This document shows, in pieces, positions 18,956 to 29,611 of a DNA stretch of 64,000 nt (within the stretch, counting starts at the first letter, position 1; every line of letters begins with the position of its first letter). Source of the stretch: an uncultured Clostridia bacterium (GTDB taxonomy: Bacteria > Bacillota > Clostridia > Oscillospirales > CAG-272); the NCBI GenBank assembly GCA_944392615.1, contig CALXXF010000004.1:5429-69428 (forward strand). Direction: 5' to 3'. The notes under the pieces are model-generated. The model worked only from the letters and a program-made list of their open reading frames with translations, was not told the DNA's origin and searched no databases. The translations under genes were made by a program, and so were the position numbers.

Positions 18956-19636
18956 TCAATGAGACTTTACTGAGGATTTGAAGAAATCCTTCACCCGTGC
19001 CGCCGCCTCGCGCAGGTCGCGGAAAGCCTGCCCTCTGTAGGTCCTCAGGTCAGCGCTGACCCCTGAGGCGTCAATGCCGAGCGAATCAGCTATATACAGG
19101 GCTCTGTATAAGTGATACTTCTGCGTAACAAGAAGTGCCTTTTCGAAGCTGACTATGTCCTGAGCCCTTTCAAGGGTCTCATAGGTGGAAAGACCGAGCG
19201 TATCTGTCAGCACAGACTGTTCGGGCACGCCGGCATCCACTGCGAGTTTTTTCATTACCTCAGGCTCGTTGTATCCTGATTCTTTTCCGTCACCGCTCAT
19301 CAGTATTACTGGAAGCTGAGCTTCGCTGTCCGGATTTTTAGCAAGCTCAAGATAAATGCTGACAGCTGTCATGACCCTGTCGTAAAGCATATCAGAAGGT
19401 GTGCTGTCGGGCTTTATTCCGCATCCGAAAACTATTATGCAGTCGTAGCCGGAAAAATCTGAGTCACCTGACAATATATTTCCCTCGGTTTTCAGGATCA
19501 TAGCTGAATTTAATGAAAACACGAGCAGTACACAGACTGCAGCTATTGTGACCATTGTTATCCGTGCGGCTTTAAAAAAACGACGCCGTATCAGAAAAGA
19601 ACTTTTATTTGTCACTTGTTTCTGTCCCCTTGTCAT
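18956..19636 (-). CDS. SanA/YdcF (DUF218) family membrane-anchored protein
   Basis: An N-terminal TM helix is followed by CIIVFGCGIKPD...MSGDG...LVTQKYHLYRALY. The ATG at 19636 overlaps the upstream gene's stop (ATGA). The longer track ORF running to 19768 is unlikely. Confidence 0.75.
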   Translation of the reverse strand: MTRGQKQVTNKSSFLIRRRFFKAARITMVTIAAVCVLLVFSLNSAMILKTEGNILSGDSDFSGYDCIIVFGCGIKPDSTPSDMLYDRVMTAVSIYLELAKNPDSEAQLPVILMSGDGKESGYNEPEVMKKLAVDAGVPEQSVLTDTLGLSTYETLERAQDIVSFEKALLVTQKYHLYRALYIADSLGIDASGVSADLRTYRGQAFRDLREAAARVKDFFKSSVKSH

Positions 19637-20442
19637 GAAGTAGCGGAAAAACAGCCGAGGCAGGAAGATGCGGAGGCACTTACATAGGTCAGGATTCCTC
19701 CGCCGCTGTCGTAAAGCGGCTCGTCTGAAAGACATACAGCTTGCACTCCGGCATGTTCTGCAAAACAAAGAATCCTGTCACCGTCGGGGTGAGAAAGTAC
19801 ATTTCCGCAAAAGCCCACCGAATTTCCCGGAAGCGGAAGGGCAGCCCCGCCTATAAAGCCGTAGTCGTAACCAGGAAGTTCTATGTAGCCGGGTCTTATG
19901 AGGAGTACCTTGCAGAAATTGTCAAGAGCTTTTGCAAGTCCGGGATCTGCGGTTATGACATGGCTTTGCGAAAGGACACACACAGAGCATCTCGTGTATC
20001 CCTGTCTTACATTTACCTTTTCCGTGTGCATGTCGAGTATTTCCCGGCATACAGAGTCAAGCCGCGCAAACAGCACGCCTGACAGCGACAGCGCATTAAG
20101 CCCTATGTCGCGGGGGTAGCCGGGAAATACGGCGTGATTTGTCAGTGACACCTTCACGCCGAGCGCCTCAAGCCTACTGAAAAAAGCAGGGTTTTCGGCA
20201 GAATATTCCGAGAATGTGAGAAGGGCTCCGTCCCCCTTTGGAAAAAAAAGCATGTCGGGATGCTCGCTCACAGGAACTGAAAGCTTGTGAAACGAAGGAA
20301 TACGCACAGGCTCCACACCGACCATGCGGAGTGATTTTTCGCATTTGTAAGATATTTTTCCGCACAACAAAACAGGGCGGAGTTTTCCGCCCTTCACAGT
20401 CGCAGTATTGTACATATGCTCTTCAGCAAAAGACTCTTTCAT
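19633..20442 (-). CDS. Conserved hypothetical protein, translationally coupled to the SanA-like gene
   Basis: 269-aa ORF with coding-like composition. I cannot assign a family with confidence, and the start is uncertain (M1 or M10). Confidence 0.5.
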   Translation of the reverse strand: MKESFAEEHMYNTATVKGGKLRPVLLCGKISYKCEKSLRMVGVEPVRIPSFHKLSVPVSEHPDMLFFPKGDGALLTFSEYSAENPAFFSRLEALGVKVSLTNHAVFPGYPRDIGLNALSLSGVLFARLDSVCREILDMHTEKVNVRQGYTRCSVCVLSQSHVITADPGLAKALDNFCKVLLIRPGYIELPGYDYGFIGGAALPLPGNSVGFCGNVLSHPDGDRILCFAEHAGVQAVCLSDEPLYDSGGGILTYVSASASSCLGCFSATS

Positions 20443-20559
20443 GATAAGTTGACACCATGCGCGCGGAATTACGGTATTGAGCGCGACCCGACCGTCAAAG
20501 CGGACGGCGCGCCGACCGATCGCCCGGCGAATAAACAGCTTTGCCGTGTGATATGTGTG

Positions 20560-20745
20560 TTATGCGCGCTCTACCTTACCTGAACGCAGGCAACGGGAGC
20601 AAACATACGCCGTTCTGTGTGTACCGCCCGAAACGATTTTGACTTTTCTGATGTTGGGCTTCCATGTTCTGTTTGTCTTGCGGTTTGAGTGGGACACCTT
20701 GAGTCCGTAAACAACGCACTTTCCGCAGAGTTCGCACTTAGCCAT
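20560..20745 (-). CDS. rpmB: 50S ribosomal protein L28
   Basis: MAKCELCGK...SHSNRKTNRTWKPN is canonical L28. Confidence 0.95.
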   Translation of the reverse strand: MAKCELCGKCVVYGLKVSHSNRKTNRTWKPNIRKVKIVSGGTHRTAYVCSRCLRSGKVERA

Positions 20746-20843
20746 GAGTTTTCTTTCCTTTCCTGAATGAAACCGGAAGCGCGCCGGGTAGGGCGCATTT
20801 TCGATCTGTATCCTGATTTTATTGATTTCAAAACAGCACTGTA

Positions 20844-20872
20844 AATTATATCATAACAAATTAAAAAAATCA
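20844..20872 (-). promoter_or_regulatory. Putative sigma-A promoter of rpmB
   Basis: On the minus strand, TTGATT (20867-20872), a 17-bp spacer, then TATAAT (20844-20849). Confidence 0.5.
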
Positions 20873-21131
20873 ATAGCCAAAACAAAAAAATTAAGTGCAA
20901 AAAAGATTTTGAATATGCCGGAATTCGGCGCCATGCTGTCGCCAGACTATGCCGCTTGACAACTGAATCGTCTATGAGCATTGCGACTTCTTCGGCCGCC
21001 CCTGCTTCTGTACTGAAAAAGCGCAGGCGTGAACAAATCCATCGCAAAAAGCAAAATCCGCCGGTATCCCGCACGCCATATGACGATGTACAATGGACAC
21101 CCGTGTCGTTGTCTTTTTACCGGCACAATAA

Positions 21132-22073
21132 TTATCTGTCGTCCCTATCGTTCAGCTCATCGTCGAGCTCGTCTATGCGGTGCAGACTGCTTTTCTTTCC
21201 GTTCTGCTCAGCAGGAGGTTCAAAAGAGTGTTTGTTTTTGTTCTTGCCGAAATAAAAGCGGTTTTCAGTTCCGTCCATTATCCGCTTTATATTGGAAATG
21301 TGTTTTAATGGAATGAATACTGCAACAAAGAAGGCTACAAGCAGCATGCCCGTAGGCAGACCGTAGGTCATGGTGAATTTCATGTCCGGAGTTACTGTCA
21401 CGGCGCCGTTTATTATATTCAGCGTGGAGTAAAGGCCGTGCTTTACGTAAAGCTCCGGCAAGATCGTAGAATGCATGTATGTGTATATCCTGTTCTGTAT
21501 CAGCGGATATAAAAGAGACATCATCACGCTTCCAAGCGAGAGATACTTGGATGCCGCTACTATAAGTATGAAGAGAAGTATGCATGTCAGAAATGTGAGT
21601 GGGTCAAGAACAAGCACCATTGCCGCAGTTGCAGCTACGCCCTTGCCGCCTTTGAATCCGTAAAAACATGGAAAACAGTGACCGAGAATGCAGAACACAC
21701 CGCACAGAGCGGCTATTTCACATCCGAACGCGAAGAGCGCCACTGCAACGGAAACAACTGTTTTGAGCGTGTCACCGATCATTACTGCCGCCGCGGCTTT
21801 GCCTCCGAAAACTCTTTTCATGTTTGTAAAGCCCGCGTTTTTGCTTCCGTAGTTTCTTATATCGTCGTGGTATATATGCTTTGATATGAGAATGGCAAAG
21901 TTGAGTCCCCCTGCGATATAGGAAACGACCGCCCACACAGCCGCAAGAACAAAGAACAGTATGACGTTGTCGGCAAGTATTCCGCGCAGAAATCCGTTCA
22001 GCTTTATATACTCAAATCTGTAAACAAATTTTGCAAATGAATCAGCAGCGCTCAAAAAAGATACCGGCATCAT
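21132..22073 (-). CDS. plsY: Glycerol-3-phosphate acyltransferase PlsY (long form)
   Basis: GSKNAGFTN, GHCFPCFYGFKGGKGVAT and HISNIKRIMDGTE motifs. At 313 aa it has N-terminal, internal and acidic C-terminal extensions relative to typical PlsY of about 200 aa. Its start overlaps the der stop. Confidence 0.85.
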   Translation of the reverse strand: MMPVSFLSAADSFAKFVYRFEYIKLNGFLRGILADNVILFFVLAAVWAVVSYIAGGLNFAILISKHIYHDDIRNYGSKNAGFTNMKRVFGGKAAAAVMIGDTLKTVVSVAVALFAFGCEIAALCGVFCILGHCFPCFYGFKGGKGVAATAAMVLVLDPLTFLTCILLFILIVAASKYLSLGSVMMSLLYPLIQNRIYTYMHSTILPELYVKHGLYSTLNIINGAVTVTPDMKFTMTYGLPTGMLLVAFFVAVFIPLKHISNIKRIMDGTENRFYFGKNKNKHSFEPPAEQNGKKSSLHRIDELDDELNDRDDR

Positions 22074-23401
22074 TTCTCATCATCTCCTCTCATGCGGATT
22101 ATGAGCTTTATAGGTGTTCCGCTGAATCCGCACGCCTCTCTTATCTGATTTTCGATATATCTCTGATACGAATAGTGGAACAGGGCAGCGTCATTACAGA
22201 ATACCACAAATGTCGGCGGTTTTATCGAGGCCTGTGTCATGTAGTATATTTTGAGGCGCCTGCCCTTGTCAGACGGAGGCTGCACACGTGTGATCGCATC
22301 TGACAGAAGGTCGTTCAGAACTCCTGTGCTTATGCGCTTTTCAGATTCCTCTTTTGCTGAATTTATTACCGGGAACAGCTTATCGACACGCTGACCTGTG
22401 CGCGCCGAGAGAAACACTACGGGCGCATATGTCATATAAGAAAGGGCGGTATTTATATCCTCTGTGAATTTTTTCATGGTCTTGTCGTCTTTTTCGACAA
22501 GGTCCCACTTGTTGACGACTATTACAGAGGCTTTTCCTGCCTCATGCGCTATACCGGCGATTTTTTCATCCTGCTCCGTTATGCCCTTGTCGGCGTCTAT
22601 CATTATGACGCAGACGTCCGCACGGTCGACTGCCATTTTGGCTCTGAGCACGCTGTATTTTTCCACGGCATCTTCAACTTTGCTTTTGCGTCTTATACCT
22701 GCTGTGTCTATAAAGCGGTATTTGCCGTACTGGTTTTCGTATTCGGTGTCGACTGCATCTCTTGTAGTTCCGGGTATATCCGAGACAATGAGGCGCTCTT
22801 CTCCGAGTATCCTGTTTATAAGCGAACTTTTTCCCGCGTTTGGCTTGCCGATTACAGCAACGTTTATCCTGCTGTCGTCTGCCTGCTCCGTTTCTTCTTC
22901 CGGAAGGTAGGAAAACACCGCGTCGAGCAGGTCGCCCGTCCCGTTCCCGTGTACTGATGAAATAGGGAACGGTCCTGATTCAAAGCCAAGCTCATAGAAT
23001 TCATAAAATTCAGCCGGGGGAGCACCTATTGAATCTATTTTGTTTACGGCACATATCACGGGCTTGCGCGAACGCAGGAGCATATTCGCGATATCTCTGT
23101 CGTCAGACGTGAGCCCGGACTTTATATCGCACATGAATATTATTACATCTGCCGATTCTATTGCTATCTGTGCCTGCATACGCATGTTTTTCAGAATAAT
23201 GCTGTCGTTCTTAGGCTCTATTCCTCCGGTGTCTATAAGCATGCAAGTCCTGCCGCACCATTCAGCTTCATGATATATTCTGTCGCGCGTGACACCCGGT
23301 GTGTCCTCGACTATCGAGACGCGCTTTCCGGCAAGCTTATTGAAAAGCGTGCTTTTCCCGACATTTGGCCGTCCTACTATTGCGACTATTGGTTTGGACA
23401 T
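22070..23401 (-). CDS. der: Ribosome-biogenesis GTPase Der (EngA)
   Basis: Two tandem G domains (GRPNVGKSTLFN and GKPNAGKSSLIN) plus a KH-like C-terminus. Confidence 0.95.
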   Translation of the reverse strand: MSKPIVAIVGRPNVGKSTLFNKLAGKRVSIVEDTPGVTRDRIYHEAEWCGRTCMLIDTGGIEPKNDSIILKNMRMQAQIAIESADVIIFMCDIKSGLTSDDRDIANMLLRSRKPVICAVNKIDSIGAPPAEFYEFYELGFESGPFPISSVHGNGTGDLLDAVFSYLPEEETEQADDSRINVAVIGKPNAGKSSLINRILGEERLIVSDIPGTTRDAVDTEYENQYGKYRFIDTAGIRRKSKVEDAVEKYSVLRAKMAVDRADVCVIMIDADKGITEQDEKIAGIAHEAGKASVIVVNKWDLVEKDDKTMKKFTEDINTALSYMTYAPVVFLSARTGQRVDKLFPVINSAKEESEKRISTGVLNDLLSDAITRVQPPSDKGRRLKIYYMTQASIKPPTFVVFCNDAALFHYSYQRYIENQIREACGFSGTPIKLIIRMRGDDEK

Positions 23402-23625
23402 CCCGCAGTACTCCTTAATATGATTTTGCCGAGCTGATTACGCTCCATATTATATATTATGGACTGTAAAAAGTCAACATTACACAGCTATCTGTTTTGT
23501 AAAGCTTTTAAGAAAAGCCCTCATAACGGAAGACAGCCGATCAGTCATGCCGGGACGCTGTAACGCGCCGGCACGAAAAATCGGCTTTTTTATCCATAGG
23601 TTTCCGTATACATATCCGCCAAAGC

Positions 23626-23811
23626 TTATTTCTTGGCTTCCGGCTCAATTACGACCGTGTTGTTGTATGTGCCGCATACGGGACATACTCTGCCGCGTAA
23701 TTTATACTGCCCGCATCTGCACATTTCAAGCGCGGGCGAATCAAGCTTCGAAACGCTTGCGCGTCTTGAATCTCTTCTTGCACCGGATACCTTTCTCTTC
23801 GGTACTGCCAT
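23626..23811 (-). CDS. rpmF: 50S ribosomal protein L32
   Basis: MAVPKRKVSGARRDSRRA plus a CxxC...CxxC zinc ribbon. The start is taken at the MAVPKRK methionine. Confidence 0.9.
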   Translation of the reverse strand: MAVPKRKVSGARRDSRRASVSKLDSPALEMCRCGQYKLRGRVCPVCGTYNNTVVIEPEAKK

Positions 23812-23892
23812 TAAGAACACCTCCTCGAAAATCCCGACAACCGGGACGTGTCCCTTGTCGTTCTTGTATATAATTTTATTTTTTACTGATGT

Positions 23893-24438
23893 TTACTCTT
23901 TGCCGTCCTCTTCGTCCTTTTTAAGAAGAGCGGCAAGAGGGAGCAGACGCGGGTCTATCTCTTTTTTTGAAGAGCAGCCGCAGTCCCCCGTGTTCAAATC
24001 TTTTCCGCACACCGGGCACAGCCCTTTGCAATCCGGCTTGCAGTAGTAGACGCTGTCGAAGCCAAGGAAGATCTCCTCAAGAACCGGGTCGAGAAGCTCC
24101 ACACTGTCATCCGATATAACGATATAATCGTCGGTATAATCGTCCGCACGTTCGCCGCTACCGGGGTTCTTGTCCTCGGCACGCGTGGTGAGGACCCTTG
24201 AAAAAGATTTCGTGAAAGTTCCTGTTATCACGGCGGCGCATCTCGCACAGTTAGTGCGATAAGGGACCGACAGTTCAGCAGATAGGCTGATATACCCAGC
24301 AGAGTTCTTTATGACCCCGCTGACCGAAACTTCGTCTTCAAACTCTATACCGTCAAATCCGTCGGGGCGGGGAAGCCTCTCGTCAAAACTGACAGAGCCT
24401 GTCTTTCCGGCAAGAAGCGCTCCTATATCTATGCGCAT
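23893..24438 (-). CDS. YceD/DUF177 family protein (23S rRNA accumulation protein-like)
   Basis: Classic position upstream of rpmF, and a C-terminal CKPDCKGLCPVCGKDLN zinc motif. GGAGG precedes the ATG at 24438, so the longer track ORF is rejected. Confidence 0.8.
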   Translation of the reverse strand: MRIDIGALLAGKTGSVSFDERLPRPDGFDGIEFEDEVSVSGVIKNSAGYISLSAELSVPYRTNCARCAAVITGTFTKSFSRVLTTRAEDKNPGSGERADDYTDDYIVISDDSVELLDPVLEEIFLGFDSVYYCKPDCKGLCPVCGKDLNTGDCGCSSKKEIDPRLLPLAALLKKDEEDGKE

Positions 24439-24726
24439 AATGTACCTCCAAAGCGGATACGGCGGGCAACCTGCAAAACGCCGGGCATAATGCCGCGGTA
24501 TCTGCCGGCTACTCAAAATGCCGCAAATGATATTATAAATAAAAAAAAGACTCCTGTCAAGTCTTTTTAAAAACTTTTGCAACGTTTTGCGCAAAAACCT
24601 GAGTGAATCTCTTTTTCATATTCATATTCTGCCTGTCAGAGACATAAAACAGTCGCATGTACAGGAAAAAACGGAGCGGTCCTGAGCGCTTGTTCAGAAT
24701 GTCGGGCGACAGTGAGGGCAGTGAGT

Positions 24727-25443
24727 CTAAAGTGTTTTGAGAGCTTTGCGAAGCTGCTCAAATATAAGCTTTTCCTCTCGCGATACCTTTACCTGCGTGA
24801 TTCCGAGAGCCGTTGCCGTCTGCTGCTGCGACATGTCCTTGAAAAAACGCAGATATATTATCTTTCGTCTTTGCTCGGGTAGTTTTCTTATTGCCTCGCT
24901 GAGAGCAATTTTATCGGTTATTGCGTCTGCGGGATTTTCCTTTTCACCCGGAAGATAATATTCAAGAGGCTGCTCGTCCGGGGAAGTGACGTCGCTGAGA
25001 GAGCTTATAGGACTGCATGCTTCTATACTTTGTATTACCTCTTCCACGGTTATCCCGCAAAAGGAAGCGAGTTCTGACACGGTCGCCTCTCTTCCATACT
25101 GCTGCAGGAACAGCTCTTTGTTTTTCATCACGGTGAGTCCTGTGGACTTCAACGACCTGCTCACCTTTATTATTCCGTCATCTCTGAGAAAGCGCTTTAT
25201 CTCTCCTATTATCAGGGGCACAGCATATGTTGAAAACATGCATCCGCGGCTCTCGTCAAAACTGCGCGCGGCGCGCAGAAGCCCTATTGAGCCTATCTGC
25301 ATAAGGTCATCAAATTCGCATCCGCGTCCTGTGAATCTCAGAGCTATACTCCGCACAAGTCCCATGTTTTCTTTTACGAGCTCTTCCAGTGCCTCTTTGT
25401 CTCCGGAGGAATATCTTCTCAGAAGAGTTATGTTGTCGTTCAT
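24727..25443 (-). CDS. sigF: Sporulation sigma factor SigF
   Basis: Sigma-70 regions 2-4 are present (FDDLMQIGSIGLLRAARSFD). It is the third gene of a spoIIAA-spoIIAB-sigF arrangement. Confidence 0.85.
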   Translation of the reverse strand: MNDNITLLRRYSSGDKEALEELVKENMGLVRSIALRFTGRGCEFDDLMQIGSIGLLRAARSFDESRGCMFSTYAVPLIIGEIKRFLRDDGIIKVSRSLKSTGLTVMKNKELFLQQYGREATVSELASFCGITVEEVIQSIEACSPISSLSDVTSPDEQPLEYYLPGEKENPADAITDKIALSEAIRKLPEQRRKIIYLRFFKDMSQQQTATALGITQVKVSREEKLIFEQLRKALKTL

Positions 25444-25484
25444 AAGTACCGCCTTTTGACGCTGCGCTTTTCAGCACGCTCTTC

Positions 25485-25919
25485 TTATTTGCCGAATTTT
25501 ATTTCTATGTAAAGCGCGGTACCTGCTCCCGGAGCTGACACGACACGGAATTTTTCTGACATTGCCTGCATTATTGCAAAGCCCATACCACCGCGTTCCC
25601 CGGACGGATCTGTAGTATAAAGAGGCTGCATGCATTTGTCTATATCCTCTATTCCGCATCCTCTGTCCTTTATTTTTATGCGCATGCTTCTGTCTTCATA
25701 TGTCTTTGCCGTTATTTCTACCTTTCCGGGTGCGTTTTTGTAGGCATGTACGACACAGTTGGTGACTGCCTCGGAAATTATCACGCGCAGATCCGATATT
25801 TCGTCTATGGTGGGGTCGAGTCCGGCAGCGAATGCGCACATTGTCTGCCTTGCGAAGGCTTCGTTGGATGAAATTGCGTCAAATTCAAGCTTCATTCCGT
25901 TTATCTGTTTCTTTTTCAT
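25485..25919 (-). CDS. spoIIAB: Anti-sigma F factor (serine kinase) SpoIIAB
   Basis: HATPase_c motifs (EAVTNCVVHAY, DRGCGI, GGMGF). The ATG at 25919 lies immediately after the spoIIAA stop. Confidence 0.85.
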   Translation of the reverse strand: MKKKQINGMKLEFDAISSNEAFARQTMCAFAAGLDPTIDEISDLRVIISEAVTNCVVHAYKNAPGKVEITAKTYEDRSMRIKIKDRGCGIEDIDKCMQPLYTTDPSGERGGMGFAIMQAMSEKFRVVSAPGAGTALYIEIKFGK

Positions 25920-25920
25920 T

Positions 25921-26253
25921 TCAGGCTTGTCCGCCTTTCTTTTTGATTTCAATTTTTTTGTCAAGACCTGATAGCCTTATTATTTTTTCCGTCTGCTGAG
26001 ACGGATCTGATATGACCAGCCGTCCTCCTATTTCTTCCATCCGCGTGTATCGTCCGAGCATGAGACCGAGTCCGGAACTGTCCATGAAGCCGACGCGGGA
26101 AAGGTCAAGCACAAGAACTGCCGGCCGGTGAAAAAATATTTTTTTGTCGATGTCTTCGCGCAGGTGTCTTGCGGCGTGATGGTCTACCTCTCCCTCAATG
26201 CGGACTGTCAGCACACCGTCGTCATATTCTGCGCTTATTTCTGTCTGATCCAT
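25921..26253 (-). CDS. spoIIAA: Anti-sigma F factor antagonist SpoIIAA (STAS domain)
   Basis: STAS pattern (LDLSRVGFMDSSGLGLMLGRY). The start is taken at MDQTEISAEY. Confidence 0.85.
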   Translation of the reverse strand: MDQTEISAEYDDGVLTVRIEGEVDHHAARHLREDIDKKIFFHRPAVLVLDLSRVGFMDSSGLGLMLGRYTRMEEIGGRLVISDPSQQTEKIIRLSGLDKKIEIKKKGGQA

Positions 26254-26402
26254 CGGATTTTTGACCTGCCTTTCATAAATTTTTTCGCCGCATTCCTGCG
26301 GCTGCATGTAAAAAAAGAACGGTATTCCCGGAGGGAAAACACCGTTTTCCCATACCCGTAGAATACCATTCCAAAGGCGATTTTTTTGTCACATCGTGAA
26401 CA

Positions 26403-29030
26403 TTATTTCATTTTTTCCAGCGCTTCTTCCACTTTTTTAAGGGTGTCCTTCCATGAAACGAGCTTTTTCTTTTCTCCGTCTACTACCGCTGCAGGTGCTT
26501 TTGAAACAAAATTCTGATTTGAAAGCTTGCTTTCAAGACGCTCTATTTCTTTCAGCGCCTTTTCTCGTTCGCCGTTAAGACGTGCAGTTTCTTTTTCATA
26601 GTCTATCATGTCCGCTATCGGTATGAATACCGTAGCCTTGTCGGTGACGATCTGAATGCATTCGTTAGACTTGTAGTGATCGACGTACCTGACATAAAGC
26701 GCCCCGGCGAGCTTTTCAAAGAGGTGGTCCTGAGACGGATTGAAAATGTCGGTGTTATCGGTCATGATAATAACTCCCGTTTTTCTCGACGGCGGCACGT
26801 TCATTTCGTTTCGTCTCACCCTTATAGCCCTTATCGCGGTTATTACAGATTCGGTTTTCCTTTCCTCCTCGGCAAAGCAGAGGTTTTCGTCATACACAGG
26901 GTAGTCTGAGATCATTATGCTGTCCGTCGGACTGGGAAGAGACTGCCATATTTCCTCGGTTATAAAAGGCATGAACGGATGCAGCAGCTTCAGAGATTGC
27001 GACAGCACGTATACAAGTACTCTCTGGCAGTTTTTGCCCGAATCGCTTTCTTTGTCAGAAAGGCGAGGCTTGGCTATCTCTATATACCAGTCGCAGAATA
27101 CGTCCCAAATGAAGTCGTAGAGCTTGGCAAGGGCGACACCAAGTTCAAATTTATCCATATTGGAATTGACCTCGCCGCACAGAGTATTCAGCTTCGATAT
27201 TATCCACTTGTCCTCACAGGCGAGTTCTCCGATATCGGGAAGCGTATAATCGTCTGTGGTGAGATTCATGAGGACAAATCGCGCAGCGTTCCATATTTTA
27301 TTGTTGAAATTGCGCGCAGACTCTATTTTTTCGTCTGAAAAGCGCATGTCGTTGCCAGGAGATATTCCGGTAGTGAGCGCAAATCGCAGAGCGTCTGCAC
27401 CGTATTTCTCTATTATTTCAAGCGGGTCTATGCCGTTTCCGAGCGATTTTGACATTTTCCTGCCCTGTGAATCGCGGACGAGTCCGTGGATAAAAACAGT
27501 GGAGAAGGGCACCTTTCCGGTGTGCTCAATTGATGAAAATATCATTCTTGCAACCCAGAAGAATATTATGTCATAGCCGGTGACAAGTACCGAGGTCGGG
27601 AAATATTTTTCAAGCTCCGGAGTTTTATCAGGCCATCCCATGGTCGAAAACGGCCACAACGCAGATGAAAACCAAGTGTCGAGAACGTCGTTTTCACGAC
27701 GCACCGGTGAAGAGCAGTGAGGGCATTCTGTTATTTCTTCGGCGCACACAGTCATCTCTCCGCAGGTGTCGCAGTAATATGCCGGTATTCTGTGACCCCA
27801 CCAGAGCTGCCGCGATATGCACCAGTCGTGTACGTTTTCCATCCAGTTTGTGTATATTTTTGCAAAACGTTCAGGAACGAATCTGACCTTGCCGCTTTTA
27901 ACCGCTTCAAGTGCCGGTCCTGCCAGAGGCTCCATCTTTACGAACCACTGGTCGGAGGTCATGGGTTCGACGGTTGTCTTGCAGCGATAGCATGTGCCGA
28001 CGTTGTGGACGCAAGGTTCCACCTTCACGAGCAGTCCGAGTTTTTCAAGATCGCTTATAATAAGCTTTCTTGCGGCATACCTGTCAAGAGCGTGATACGG
28101 CGTGCCGGGACAGTTTATTGTGGCGTCATCGTTCATTATTTTGATCTGCGCCAGATTATGGCGCTTTCCGACTTCAAAGTCGTTCGGGTCGTGAGCAGGG
28201 GTTATCTTCACACAGCCTGTTCCGAAATCTCTTTCTACGTATTCGTCTGCAATGACTGGTATCTCGCGGTTTACAAGCGGAAGTATGAGGGTCTTGCCCA
28301 AAAGATGAGCGTATCTTTCATCATCCGGGTGGACAGCTACGGCGGTGTCGCCCAGCATCGTTTCGGGGCGTGTCGTGGCGATTTCTATAAAATCTCCGCT
28401 TCCCTTGACAGGATAACGTATATGCCAGAAGTTCCCGTTCTGCTCTGTATACTCAACCTCGGCATCCGACAGAGCTGTTGCGCAGTGCGGGCACCAGTTT
28501 ATTATGCGGTTTCCCCTGTATATAAGTCCTTTGTTGTAAAGATTCACAAATACGGTTTTGACCGCTTTTGAACAGCCTTCATCCATTGTGAAGCGCTCTC
28601 TCGACCAGTCGCAGGAGGAACCGAGCTTCTTGAGCTGATTGATTATCCTTCCGCCGTACTGTTCCTTCCATTTCCACACGCGCTCAAGAAATTTTTCTCT
28701 TCCAAGGTCATATCTCGTTATCCCCTCGTTTACGCGCAGGCTCTCCTCGACCTTTATCTGAGTGGCTATTCCCGCGTGGTCTGTTCCGGGAAGCCACAAT
28801 GCGGAATATCCCTGCATTCTCCTGCGTCTTATTATTATGTCCTGAAGGGTCTCGTCAAGGGCATGTCCCATGTGAAGCTGACCTGTGACGTTCGGGGGCG
28901 GAATAACTATTGAAAATGCTTCCTTTCCGTCGTTAACGTCGGGGGTAAAATACCCCTTTTCGCTCCACATCCTGTAAAGGGCGTCCTCGGTTTCGCCTGG
29001 TGAATATTTCTTGGCAAGTTCTTTCTTCAT
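26403..29030 (-). CDS. valS: Valine--tRNA ligase
   Basis: HIGH-type motif ([13 protein letters not shown]), KMSKS, and a C-terminal coiled coil. The first ATG ([11 protein letters not shown]) follows AGAGAGG; the track ORF extends to a TTG at 29102. Confidence 0.95.
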   Translation of the reverse strand: MKKELAKKYSPGETEDALYRMWSEKGYFTPDVNDGKEAFSIVIPPPNVTGQLHMGHALDETLQDIIIRRRRMQGYSALWLPGTDHAGIATQIKVEESLRVNEGITRYDLGREKFLERVWKWKEQYGGRIINQLKKLGSSCDWSRERFTMDEGCSKAVKTVFVNLYNKGLIYRGNRIINWCPHCATALSDAEVEYTEQNGNFWHIRYPVKGSGDFIEIATTRPETMLGDTAVAVHPDDERYAHLLGKTLILPLVNREIPVIADEYVERDFGTGCVKITPAHDPNDFEVGKRHNLAQIKIMNDDATINCPGTPYHALDRYAARKLIISDLEKLGLLVKVEPCVHNVGTCYRCKTTVEPMTSDQWFVKMEPLAGPALEAVKSGKVRFVPERFAKIYTNWMENVHDWCISRQLWWGHRIPAYYCDTCGEMTVCAEEITECPHCSSPVRRENDVLDTWFSSALWPFSTMGWPDKTPELEKYFPTSVLVTGYDIIFFWVARMIFSSIEHTGKVPFSTVFIHGLVRDSQGRKMSKSLGNGIDPLEIIEKYGADALRFALTTGISPGNDMRFSDEKIESARNFNNKIWNAARFVLMNLTTDDYTLPDIGELACEDKWIISKLNTLCGEVNSNMDKFELGVALAKLYDFIWDVFCDWYIEIAKPRLSDKESDSGKNCQRVLVYVLSQSLKLLHPFMPFITEEIWQSLPSPTDSIMISDYPVYDENLCFAEEERKTESVITAIRAIRVRRNEMNVPPSRKTGVIIMTDNTDIFNPSQDHLFEKLAGALYVRYVDHYKSNECIQIVTDKATVFIPIADMIDYEKETARLNGEREKALKEIERLESKLSNQNFVSKAPAAVVDGEKKKLVSWKDTLKKVEEALEKMK

Positions 29031-29269
29031 TATTCTGTACCTCTCTTGCGTCAAAGACCTTTCTTTTGCTTTGCGCCGGATTTTTATTATTTCTTTATTC
29101 AACTTCTGCTATTCCGACATTTATGCAGCGTATCTGACCGACAGCTTTTGCTCGACGTGTCTCAGGCATTAGGAACGGCGCCGCAGGGCACCACTGTCAT
29201 ATTTGCCGTAGGAACAGGATTTCTGCACGCCTGCCAGCCGCTGTGCGGCAGGGAGGTGAAGAGATTCAA

Positions 29270-29531
29270 ATAAAAAATGCGTCCTGCTTCAACAGGACGC
29301 ATTTCATTTGCGCGGTACCACCTGAATTACGCAACGTATTCTGACGCTGCGTCTCTTGATATTCCTGTAACGCATGGAAACGCGGGAGGGGCTACTTAAG
29401 TTCACCCTTCCGGCTCCGGGGCGACCTTCCTCCGCAGTCTGCGGTGCGGCTTCTCAGCATACGCCGCTCTCTGTGACCCGACTTTCGGTTACTGCTCCCC
29501 ATCTCAGCCTTTATATCTGAAAACATATAAC
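29270..29531 (-). promoter_or_regulatory. T-box leader (Val) controlling valS
   Basis: On the minus strand: UGAGAU K-turn, AGUA, AGAGAG bulge, and a specifier loop GAAG-GUC-G (GUC at 29423-29425). The T-box sequence AGGTGGTACCGCGC is at 29301-29317. The terminator AATGCGTCCTG/CAGGACGCATT plus a T6 run is at 29270-29303. Confidence 0.85.
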
Positions 29532-29538
29532 TGCGGTG

Positions 29539-29567
29539 ATTATACCACCATAAAAGGTATTTGTCAA
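29539..29567 (-). promoter_or_regulatory. Consensus sigma-A promoter of the valS T-box leader
   Basis: On the minus strand, TTGACA (29562-29567), a 17-bp spacer, then TATAAT (29539-29544). Confidence 0.75.
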
Positions 29568-29611
29568 GCTGAAAAGACAACACCATACAGTTTTCAGTCA
29601 GCTTTGCATAT

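Noticed and set aside
20571-21074. 167-aa minus-strand ORF spanning rpmB and its upstream region
   Set aside because: It overlaps rpmB in another frame and covers the rpmB promoter. It has no RBS, and its composition is atypical.
29392-29586. 64-aa minus-strand ORF
   Set aside because: It lies entirely inside the valS T-box leader, covering stem I through the promoter region.
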